Of a DNA stretch of 64,000 bases, positions 1-10,560 are shown one piece after another. Under the pieces are notes generated by a model. The model was not told the DNA's origin, searched no databases, and saw only the letters and a list, made by a program, of their open reading frames with translations. Position 1 is the stretch's first letter. Every line of letters starts with the position of its first letter. The translations under genes were made by a program, and so were the position numbers. The DNA is taken from the NCBI GenBank assembly GCA_043228905.1, contig JBHGNT010000017.1:9052001-9116000 (forward strand), read 5' to 3'. The DNA comes from Azolla caroliniana. Lineage: Eukaryota; Plantae; Polypodiophyta.

Positions 1-6
1 GACCAA

Positions 7-1685
7 ATGGAGGAGCCGGTTACCGAAGCCCGAAGACGTAGATATCCTCTCAGAGAAAGAAGGGCCCCCCGGAGATTTCCGGATGCAGAGCATGTTCTGT
101 TGACCAATGAGGGGGAGCTGGAAAGCTTCGAAGAAGTGAAGGAAGACACCCACAGCCGAAAATGGTTAAGTGCCATGCAGAACGAGATGGATTCCCTGCA
201 TGAGAACCATACGTACGAATTGGTGGAGTTGCTGAAAGGAAAGCGGGCACTCCGAAACAAGTGGGTGGACATGTTGAAACTGGGAGATGCCGGAAACCCC
301 TCGAGATACAAAGCCAGGATCGTGGTGAAGGGGTTCCAGCAAAAGAAGGGCGTGGACTTCGACGAGATATTTGCCCCGGTAGTAAAGATGACCTCCATCC
401 GGACGGTGCTGAGTATAGCGGCAAGCATGGACCTTGAGGTAGAGCAGTTGGACGTGAAGACGACATTCCTTCACGGCGACCTCGAAGAGGAGATCTACAT
501 GCAGCAACCCGAAGGATTTGAGGAGAAAGGGAAGGAGCACCTGGTATGCCGGCTGAAGAAGAGCCTGTATGGACTAAAGCAGGCTCCCCGACAATGGTAC
601 CAGAAGTTCGATTCCTTCATGACCGATCAAGGGTACTACAAGACGCAGGCCGATCACTGCGTGTTTGTGAAGAATTTCGAAGGAGGCGACTTCTTGATAC
701 TCCTCTTGTACGTGGATGACATGTTGATCGTCGAACGTGACCAAGTCAAAATACGGATGCTGAAGAAGGCTCTCAACCGGACCTTCTCAATGAAAGACTT
801 GGGTCCGGCAAGACAGATGTTGGGGATGCATATCATTCGGGACCAGTAAAGAAGCAATTGTGGCTGTCACAGGAGAAGTACGTGACAAAGGTGCTTCACC
901 GGTTCAACATGTCAGAAGCGAAACTGGTCGGATCGACACTTCCGGCAAACTGCAAGCTATCCGGTAAGCAGAGCCCGAAGACGAAAGCAGAGAAGGCGGA
1001 TATGATGAAGATTCCATATGCCTCTACCGTCGGGAGCTTGATGTATGCAATGGTGTGTACCCAACCGGATATAGGATACGCAGTCGGAGTGGTGAGCCGG
1101 TTCATGAGCAATCCCGGCAAGGAGCACTGGAACGCGGTCAAATGGATACTCCGGTATTTGAAGGGCACTTCAAACATGTGTCTCTGATTCGGCTCCGGGA
1201 AACCTCAACTTAACAGTTTTACCGATTCGGACATGTCGGCTGATGTGGATTCTAGCCGGCCTACATCCAGGTATGTAATGAGATATGCAAGGGGAGCTGT
1301 TTCGTGGTAATCGAGGCTGCAGAAGACGGTTGCATTGTCAACCATAGAGGCGGAGTACATGGCGGCTGTGGAAGCCGGCAAGGAAATATTATGGATGAAG
1401 GACTTCATCGGAGAGCTCGGTATCCGGCAAGAGGAATACCGACTCTATTGCGACAATCAAAGTGCCATCCACCTTGCTAAGAATGCGGCCTACCATTCTC
1501 GGACGAAGCATATCCAGCGAAGATATCACTGGATCCGGGAAAGAGTAGATGACCAGGAGTTCGCACTGACGAAGATCCACACGGCCGAGAACGGGTCAAA
1601 TATGCTGACCGAAGTGCTGACACCCGACAAGCTGAACGCATGCCGGAAGAGGATCGGACTGGTAAGACACCCCATGCCGGAGTGA
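7..1685 (+). pseudogene. copia pol fragment (reverse transcriptase-RNase H) with stops/frameshift
   Basis: ORFs 7-849, 858-1187 and 1335-1685 carry consecutive RT and RNaseH motifs. Confidence 0.9.
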
Positions 1686-2974
1686 AGGGGGAGTTTTTTG
1701 GGAGACAGGTCCCTCCGGATGGTGCAGACCCGGTATGAACTGGATGAGGAGTACTCGGCTATGGAGAGTCGTATGGTGCAGACCCGGTATGAACCGGATG
1801 AGGAGTACCCGGCTACGGAGAGCCAGATGGTGCAGACCCGGTATAAACCGTCTTCAAAGAGCTCCACGCGAGAGTGGAAAGAGAAATCGGCCGGAAGCTG
1901 AAGGCGGTTCGAGCAGATAACAGAGGTGAATACCGGGGGCAGTTCGAGGAGTATTGTCGCTCGAAGGGAATCTGGCTCGAATTTACCGTGCCGAAGACGC
2001 CGGAACTAAATGGACTGGCCGAGAGGATGAACCGCACCATAATGGAGAGGGTTCGGAGTATGCTAGCGCATGCAAGACTACCCAAGAAGTTTTGGGCTGA
2101 GGCACTGTCGACGGCGACATATGTGATAAATAGATCACCCTCAGTACCCTTGGACGGAGACACGCCACAGAGAGTGTGGACTGGTAAGGAAGTATCCTAC
2201 CGGCATCTAAAGGTGTTCGGGTGTCTCGGGTACGTGCATTATGCCGATCTTCTCCCAGAGCTCATGAGCCTTGCTCTCTTCATTGAAGTTGTTGTACAGG
2301 CTCATGTCGATGAAGCACCGTATGTACGCCGTTGTCTTCATGAAGCGGCGTCGATTTTGTTAGGTCTCTTGTCCCCGAAATGAACCGGCAGCCAGAGAGA
2401 GGTCTTTAACCACGAGCATGTCCCTCATCTTCGACTTCCATACCGAATAGTTGGAGCCGGTGAGCTTGAGCATGCCACCAAACGATTCGTCCATATTTCT
2501 GTGTCGTTTCGCTCTGATACCACTTGACGGGAACTCAAGGCTCCTTATGCACAACGCTCGGCTACAACCGAGCTTAGGATCATACACAGAAAACAGGAAG
2601 CAAATGCACGCGACACAAAGGAGAGAAAAGGTACACAGAATGTTTACGTGGAAAACCCAAAGAGGGAAAAACCACGGCAGCCCAAAGGCTGCAAACTATC
2701 ACTATGTTGGAATGTACAAAACAGTGAGTTCACGGAGGCAACGACCTCGTACTCACGATCTTCGCCACAGGCGGCGGTTACAACAGAGGCAGCGACCTCT
2801 TTCTCTCTCTCTCTCTCTGTACACTATTACGTGCTCTCTCTTCTTCTTGCACCAACAAGAAAATGACCACAACTAAAAGTTTGCCCTAAGTCATATTTAT
2901 ACTAATATGACTTTTCGGCTATTTAGAAATATAGGCTCGATGGACTCTCAAAAACATATTTACGAATATGTCTC

Positions 2975-3280
2975 TTCATCCGGTTCTCACCGGGTCTGTA
3001 CCATCCGGCTCTCCGTAGCCGAGTACTCCTCATCCGGTTCATACCGGGTCTGCACCATCCGGCTCTCCGTAGCCGGGTACTCCTCATCCGGTTCATACCG
3101 GGTCTGCACCATCCGGCTCTCCGTAGCTGGGTACTCCTCATCCGGTTCATACCGGGTCTGCACCATCCGGCTCTCCGTAGCCGGGTACTCTTCATCCGGT
3201 TTATACCGGGTCTGCACCATCCGGCTCTCCGTAGCCGGGTACTCCTCATCCGGTTCATACCGGGTCTGCACTATCCGGAG
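2975..3280. repeat. 54-bp tandem repeat (~5.5 copies) inside LTR of element A; ~2.4 copies also at 1719-1850
   Basis: Unit ATGGTGCAGACCCGGTATGAACCGGATGAGGAGTACCCGGCTACGGAGAGCCGG; translates as repeated MVQTRYEPDEEYPATESR. Confidence 0.95.
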
Positions 3281-5249
3281 GGACCTGTCTCCCAACACTG
3301 GGCCGAGGCGGTAAGGACCACGGTATACATCCAGAACCGGATCGGAGACAAAGTGTCGGCGCACCAGCTATATTTCAGAACGAAGCCGAACTTGCGACAC
3401 TTGAGGGTGTTCGGTAGCATTGCGTATGTGCATGTACCGAAGGAGAAAAGGAGGAAGCTGGACGCAAAGGCCGAGAAGTGCATCTTGGTCGGTTACTCGG
3501 ACGAGCAGAAGGGTTATAAGTGTTATAACCCTCGCACCAAACAAGCGCGTGTCAGCCGCGACGTTGTGTTTGACGAGTCCGCGTCCTGGTACCTGCCCCC
3601 GACTCCGAACCTTGCCCCCAATCTGAGCTCTGACGATGAGGTCAGCGAGGCCGAGATGCCTCCGGATGAGCCCGAAATCGAGACCCGTGAAGAGAGTCCG
3701 ATTTCACTCCGGTTAAGTGGACCGATTGGACGACTGAGTCAGTACGACCAGTCCGATGAAGAGCCGGCGAGTAGTGGAGACTCAGTCGTGCATTCCCCGC
3801 GCAGGACGCCGAGGAGACGGCTTACGCGCAAAGAGAAAGGGAAGAAGAAGGTGTCGGATTCCGGCACGGATAGGAACGAGTCAAACCGACGCGAGTCCGA
3901 CTCCGAGGGAACCGGTGACGGGTCTTTAAAGGTGAAGTCCGCCTCGACCGAGAAGGCCTCGACATCGGCTAATGTGAGATTACGCCGATCTACTCGCCAG
4001 AAGAATCCTGTTGTGCGGTTCGGATACAATGAGTACATGGCGCATCATTATGCGTACATGACCCGTGTAGCGGAAGTGCGTGAGCCAGAGAGCTACGCAG
4101 AAGCGGCTAAAGACGCGAATTGGCGTGCCGCGATGGAGGAAGAGATGCACGCATTGGCGGAGAACGAGACCTGGGACCTGGTTGACGCACCAACATGGGT
4201 AAAACCGATCGGGTGTAGGTGGGTGTACAAGGTCAAGTACAACACTGATGGCTCCGTTAACCGGTACAAGGCTCGGCTAGTGGCAAAGGGCTACGCGCAG
4301 AAACACGGCATCGACTACGATGAGACATTTGCGCCGATCGCGAAAATGACGATTGTCCGTGTTTTGCTCGCAGTAGCTGCGGCGAAGGGGTGGCACTTAC
4401 ATCAGATGGATGTAAAGTATGCATTCCCGCAAGGTGACCTTGAGGAATAGGTGTACATGGTACAACCCCCCGGATTTCACTCCAGAACGAACTCCTCGGC
4501 AGTATGCCGACTGAAGAAGTCCCTTTACGGACTGAAGCAAGCCCCGCGTGCCTGGAACGCGAAGATCACGCAACAACTGCGTCGAATGGGCTTCGTCACG
4601 ACAAAATCGAACTCTTCCCTGTTCATCCAGAAAGGTCGACTCGGACCGGTTAGTATTTTACTATATGTTGATGACTTGGTCATCACCGGCGTCGACCTAG
4701 GTGAAATCGACCGCGTGAAGCTCCAGCTTGCGGCATCGTTCGACATGAAGGATCTGGGGGACCTTCATTACTTCCTCGGGATCGAAGTGATCCGTACCCC
4801 CGAAGGCATATTGATCAGCTAACGTCATTACATGCTGGGTATGCTCTTCAAACTCAAGATGGCCGACTGTAAGTCCGTCTCGACTCCTCTGGACAGAACC
4901 GTCAAGCTTCGTCCCGATACGGGAAAGGTATGCGACCCGACGAGGTTCCGAAAAATTGTCAGAAGCCTCATATACTTGACCATCACCCGACCCGACCTCA
5001 ATTATCCGGTCGGGGTGATCAGTCAGTTCATGGCGCGACCTACCGAGGAGCACCTTCAGTGTGCGCAACACGTACTTCGGTACGTAAGCGGCACTAAGGA
5101 CCGCGGACTGCTATATCTGTCATGATAACAGTCACATCATGCATCGAAAGGATCATGACACTCACATTATGACTCGAAAGGATTTGAACCCACGACCTTG
5201 TTGTACACATGTCAAATCCTTAACCATTGTATTAATATTCTTCTATGTA

Positions 5250-5440
5250 TAGTCTCTAGAATATGAAATCTAATATCATAGGAATATTCTATATTACTCT
5301 ACATTCTAGAATGACCTAGAATATTCTAAAGTGTTCTATACCACTAGAACCTTCTAGAATACTCTAGAGATCTTCTAGATTACTCTACATTCTAGGATAA
5401 CCTAGAATATTCTAGAGAGTTCTCTATTACTTATAAATAG
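5250..5440 (+). promoter_or_regulatory. LTR promoter: nGAAn/nTTCn (HSE-like) arrays followed by TATA box TATAAATA (5432-5439); same in 3' LTR
   Basis: e.g. GAAccTTCtaGAAtaCTCtaGAG and GAAtaTTCtaGAGagTTC directly upstream of TATA. Confidence 0.6.
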
Positions 5441-5676
5441 GGATCTACCACCCATCCCAAACCTAAATTGGTTCAACGCCATTTTGTAGCCTACTCTTTG
5501 TAATCCATTTTACGCTTCAATATAATAATTCTCTTTCAATTATCTATCTATCTCTTTTTCTCTCTCTTTCTCTCTCTCAGTCTTGACAGTTTGAACCAAT
5601 TTTTTTCCTTTCATCTCTTCGTCTTCCACAAACCCTAACAAGTTCTCTTCTTCCTTCTCCTCTCCCCTCATAAGCT

Positions 5677-6801
5677 ATGGAGTCCGTGAGCAAACAAGAA
5701 TACATGCGTGTTCTTTCTGATCTCGACATGCTCACGAATAAATTTGTGGCATTAAAGCATGAGAATCAAAGGCTACTTGGAGATCTACAACACGTGAGCG
5801 CCGAAAAAGCTCAACAATATGAAGAGTTATCACAGCGGGTTCATCAATTTGAGGCAACTACATTGTCATTACGAGAGCAAGCGTCGGGGGCTCAGAACTC
5901 CCCTAGAGAGCCAAAGATCAGCCTCCCTGCCAAGTTTGATGGTACGAGGTCTTTATTTCGAGGCTTTTTGAATCAAGTTCGTCTAGTTATTCAGCTACAT
6001 CCCAATCGGTATCCAACTGATGCTGCTCGTGTGAGATTAGTGGGAACTTTGCTATGCGGTACGGCGTTAGCATGGTTCGCACCACTTCTCGAGAAGAAAT
6101 CACCATTGCTGGAGGATTTCGAGGCATTTGTTAAAGAGTTTCAAGCTAGTTTCGGAGACACCGACAACATTAGGACAGCGATAAACAAGATTCGAAGGCT
6201 CCGACAAAGAGATCGTCCCGCGTCGTCTTATGCAGCCGATTTCCGTCTCTTGGCATGCGATATCCCTTGGGATGAGGCAGCTTTAATGGATCAATTCCGT
6301 CAAGGTTTGAGAAATGATGTCAAAGATCTTCTTCTTACTTTCCCTGAAGATCCGAAGTCACTTACAGAAGCCATTAGTCGAGTTGTGCGATGTGATAATC
6401 GCCTATTTGAGCGACGTTCTGAGCGCCAACAAATGTTACGCCGCCAACCTGAACAGACTTACGCTTCCGTAGTCGCAACGCCTCCACAAGTTTCTAGACC
6501 CATTACAAGGGATGGCCCAACTCCGATGGAAATAGAGTCAACACAACGTCGTGGGCCGTTATCAGATGCTGAGAAGCAACGACGTCGAGCGCATCGCCTC
6601 TGCCTGTATTGTGGTGGTCCAGGACATATAGCTATAAATTGTCCACATAAACCTAGGCGTCAAGTATACCAAGTAAGTGCCCATGAAAACCCTACATCAA
6701 GTTCTATTGTTACTTCTAATAACATAAATAAGCCTCATAGTCCATGTCATGAGAATAGATTCGATGTCTTGAGTCAATTAGAGGATGTGTTAAACGAGTA
6801 A
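5677..6801 (+). CDS. Chromovirus Gag (retrotrans_gag plus CCHC zinc knuckle), 374 aa, intact
   Basis: PAKFDGTR, ALAWF, LRQ..ASSYAADF, PTPMEI, CLYCGGPGHIAINC. Confidence 0.9.
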   Translation: MESVSKQEYMRVLSDLDMLTNKFVALKHENQRLLGDLQHVSAEKAQQYEELSQRVHQFEATTLSLREQASGAQNSPREPKISLPAKFDGTRSLFRGFLNQVRLVIQLHPNRYPTDAARVRLVGTLLCGTALAWFAPLLEKKSPLLEDFEAFVKEFQASFGDTDNIRTAINKIRRLRQRDRPASSYAADFRLLACDIPWDEAALMDQFRQGLRNDVKDLLLTFPEDPKSLTEAISRVVRCDNRLFERRSERQQMLRRQPEQTYASVVATPPQVSRPITRDGPTPMEIESTQRRGPLSDAEKQRRRAHRLCLYCGGPGHIAINCPHKPRRQVYQVSAHENPTSSSIVTSNNINKPHSPCHENRFDVLSQLEDVLNE

Positions 6802-7174
6802 GTCCGGCCAAAATAGGAGCCATTTGGCTGGACCATCCTAGCTATGTAGAGTTAGTTCCTAGTCGTGGTTCCATTTCATCAAATCAAGTGAGTCGAGTTT
6901 TTTCAGCACAAGTCGAGCTTACCACATCTACATGTCATCGAGTCCTAGCCTCTGCCCTTCTGGATTCTGGAGCCAACTCTTGTTTCATGGATCGTGAATT
7001 TGCCTTGTCACAAAACATCCTCTTGAATAAGCTTCCCAACCCAATAGCCGTAGGAGTCATCGATGGACGTCCCATAGCATCAGGAGATATAGTCAAGGAG
7101 TCCGAGCCAATTAGGATAGTTCTTGGCAATTTGGCAAGCATAATCTCTTTCAATATTATTCGTAGTCCGGACCA

Positions 7175-9268
7175 ATAGCGTCGAGAAATTAATTCTAGAG
7201 TCTTGTGAACTCCAAAATGACCAGCCATTGGTGAGTCATGGCAATGTTGCAAAACTTGTAGCCGTGGGGGACCTTCAAGAACATACAATAAATTTTGTCG
7301 AAATAGAAAACCATCATGCCAATAGAACTGACAATAGTCATTACGAGGATTTTTCGACTGTGAGCAAGAAGCACGATCTGGGACGATATGATCCAAAACA
7401 TCCTTGGCGAAATCATCAGTGGCCATATGATCTCGAATGGAATCAAGAAGAGTGGAATTTTCAAGAGTTGTTATGGCGTTAACTACTATTAATCGTAATC
7501 GATTAGGACCCAAAAGGATTTGTTTTTGATGCTCAAAAGCAGGTTCCCCTGGACGAAGTTCCATATAAGAGCGCCGAGAAAGAGCATCTGCTTTGCCTTG
7601 CTGCATCCCAGGGCGATATATGATGATAAAGTCGAAGTGAGTCAAAAATTGCGCCCACCGGGCTTGTCGCCGACTCAAGACTCGACCATTTTGGAAATAA
7701 GTCAGGTTCTTATGATCATTGTAGACAATGATCTGCTGAGAAGAACCTTCTAGGAAATGTCGCCATTGTTGAAACGAATCCACGATTGCAAGAAGCTCTT
7801 TGTCATGGATCTCGTAGTTGATCTCTGCAGCTTCAAACTTTCGTGAATGAAAGGCGACAGGGTGTAGTTGTAATCATCTCCAGTCTGCGAGAGGACACTC
7901 CCTAGTGCAAAATCGGATGCATCGGCTTCGAGGATGAAGCGTTTTGTTGGGTCGACATGTGCTAAGATAGGTGCCGTTGTAAATGCTCATTTTAAGCTTT
8001 CGAATGCCTCGGATGCATCTGAACTCCATATAAATGGTTGATCTTTATGTGTGAGTTGCGTAAGCGGAAGCACAACCTTGGAATAATCTTTAATAAATTT
8101 TCGATAAAAATTTGCAAACCCGAGAAAACATTGCACATCACGCACTGAAAGGGGCGTTTGCCCCTCTAAAATTGCCTGTACCTTCATGGGGTCCATAGCA
8201 ATACCATTTGACGATACAACATACCCCAAAAATTCCACTTGATTCTGGCCGAAACTACACTTTTCTAATTTTGCGTAGAGACCATATTCTCGGAGTCAGC
8301 GCAGTACTTGATGAACATGTGCATCATGCTCCTCTTGGGTCTTTGAGTAGATTAAAATATCATCTAGGTAAACTATAGTGAAGATATCAAGAAAATCTCG
8401 AAAAATATCGTTCGCCATATGTTGGAAAACAGCAGGTGCATTCGTGAGACCAAATGGCATCACTGTATACTCAAAATGTCCATAGCGAGTGCGGAAAGCT
8501 GTCTTCCATTCATCCCCCGGGCGAATCCGTACTAGATTATATGCTTTGCGAAGGTCCAACTTCGTGAAATATTTTGCACCATTGAGACGTTCCAAAAGAT
8601 TCGGGATTAATGGTAGAGCATATCTATTTCGGATAGTCACTTTGTTTAGCCCTCGATAATCCACGACCAACCGAAGAGTCCCATTCTTCTTCTTAACGAA
8701 GAAGATAGGTGCACCAGCAGGGGATCTAGAATGCCGAATGAATCTGTTTGCCAGATTCTCATCAATATATTCCCGCAAAGTCTCTAGCTCTACAGGGGAG
8801 AGATTATAAATTGGGCCCCATGGAGGTTCTTTCCCTGGTTGTAAGTCAATAGGGCAGTCGTATGGCCGATGCTCCGGCAATGTATTGGCCTTCACCTTAT
8901 CAAAGACATCTGAAAACTCCTTGTATTTCTCTGGTAGTTTAATATCCGCGTCACGTGAAGTGGATGATGGAGTTGCTACTATTGCGAAGACGAACATGGC
9001 CTCGTTCCCCCCTTCCTCCCGCAACTGTCGTAAAGAGATGGGCGATAACTCCAGGGATCTATTAGCACATGTAGGAGAGAGGGATGCGGGATTTGTGCTT
9101 TTTTCCCGAGTCTCCTCAATTGTTCTTTTCATCCAATCAATCTTCGGGTTATGGAGTTCAAACCAGGGGAGACCTAGAACTATTGGGTGGTCCGGACTAC
9201 GAATAATATTGAAAGAGATTATGCTTGCCAAATTGCCAAGAACTATCCTAATTGGCTCGGACTCCTCG
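7175..9268 (-). pseudogene. Inverted segment of chromovirus pol (PR C-term, RT, RNaseH, integrase N-term HHCC region)
   Basis: Minus ORFs 8296-9381 ([26 protein letters not shown]), 7987-8238 and 6935-7783 (DHKNL, HCHDSPMAGHFG). Confidence 0.9.
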
Positions 9269-10450
9269 CCTTCGTCATTTTGTTGAGGAGTATGTTCAGA
9301 GTTGTGATATATGTTGTCGATCAAAGAATCCTCGTCACCGACCCTATGGCTTACTACAACCACTTCCCATTCCGGAAACACCTTGGAAGTCTATATCCTT
9401 GGACTTCATTACTGATCTCCCAGTTTCAAAAGGTTTTGATGCAATTCTCACAGTGGTTGATCGATTTACCAAAATGGCACATTTCTTGCCATGTACAAAG
9501 TCGATTACTAGTCAAGAGACGGCTGATCTCGTTATGCGGGAGGTATTTAAGCATCATGGTCTGCCGGATGATATTATTAGTGATCGTGGTCCACAATTCA
9601 TCTCAAAGTTTTGGAAGCACCTGTTCAAACTTCTCCACATTTCAGTTAAGCTTTCTTCAGGCTATCATCCTGAAACAAATGGCCAAACAGAGCGTACCAA
9701 CCAGACATTGGAACAATATCTTCGTTGTTTCATCAACTATCAACAAGATGATTGGGTTGCATTTTTGCACTTGGCGGAATTCGCTTACAACAACTCAGCC
9801 CATTCTTCTACAGGATATTCCCCATTTTTCGCAAATACGGGTTGTCATCCTCGATGGACAATGAATGCGCATCCAGAAGTTCCTACCAACCCTGCTGCCG
9901 AGGATCGTCTTAGTCGCCTCCAAGAAATTCAAGCTAACATTCTCCACAATTTGCACGATGCTCAATTTACACACAAGAGGCTTGCCGATCGTCATCGTCT
10001 AGACTCCTCAAAAAAGTTCCGCATTGGGGATCATGTATGGCTTCTCCAACACAACATCAAGACCACTCGACCTTGCAGTAAATTGGATTACCAACGTTTT
10101 GGCCCTTACATGATCACTGGTATGATAAGTGATGTTGCATTTCGTCTTGACCTCCCTCCGCACATGCATCTTCATCCGGTGTTTCATGTATCCCTTTTGG
10201 AACCTTATACTACAAGTTCAATTCCGGGCCGTCTTACGACACCCCCCACCACCTGTCGAGTTCTTGGACGGGCCTGAATTTGAAGTTGCTGCCATTCTCG
10301 ATTCTAAAATCGTGCGCAACAAGTTGTATTACTTGGTCGATTGGCTAGGCTATACCCCCAATGATCGAACTTGGGAACCTGCCACAAATCTTTCCAATGC
10401 TGCAGAACTCGTCAATGCATTTCATCGCCAATATCCTTGTAAACCAGGTC
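9266..10450 (+). pseudogene. Chromovirus integrase core plus chromodomain (frameshifted near 10245)
   Basis: ISLDFITDLP, SDRGPQF, HPETNGQTER, GPY, FHVSLLEP; chromodomain EFEVAAILDSK...YLVDWLGY...TWEP. Confidence 0.9.
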
Positions 10451-10560
10451 CTAATACAAACCCTACGACCCGTGATATCCTTGTAAACCAGGTCCTAATA
10501 CAAACCCTACGACCCGTATCCTTGTAAACCAGGTCCTAATACAAACCCTACGACCCGTGA
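10432..10560 (+). repeat. Three tandem copies of a ~41-44-bp unit at the end of pol/3' UTR
   Basis: TATCCTTGTAAACCAGGTCCTAATACAAACCCTACGACCCG repeated three times. Confidence 0.9.

Larger units (their letters stand above)
1..3297. mobile_element. Ty1/copia element A, rearranged: + strand RT-RNaseH-PPT-partial LTR (1-1850) and integrase fragment (1850-2240) joined to - strand gag start, PBS and 5' LTR (2241-3297); left end outside window
   Basis: RT motifs KARIVVKGF, QLDVKTTFLHG, LLYVDD; RNaseH YCDNQSAI/HSRTKHI; PPT GTGAAGGGGGAG at 1682-1693; PBS GCTCTGATACCA at 2511-2522 (minus-strand TGGTATCAGAGC); LTR 2525-3297 ending TGTTGGGAGA on minus. Confidence 0.9.

Noticed and set aside
2907-3364. 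Repeat-protein ORFs (MVQTRYEPDEEYPATESR)n
   Set aside because: By-product of a 54-bp tandem repeat within an LTR; open in several frames.
5170-5236. Functional tRNA gene
   Set aside because: Only A/B-box-like similarity; no convincing acceptor or anticodon stems.
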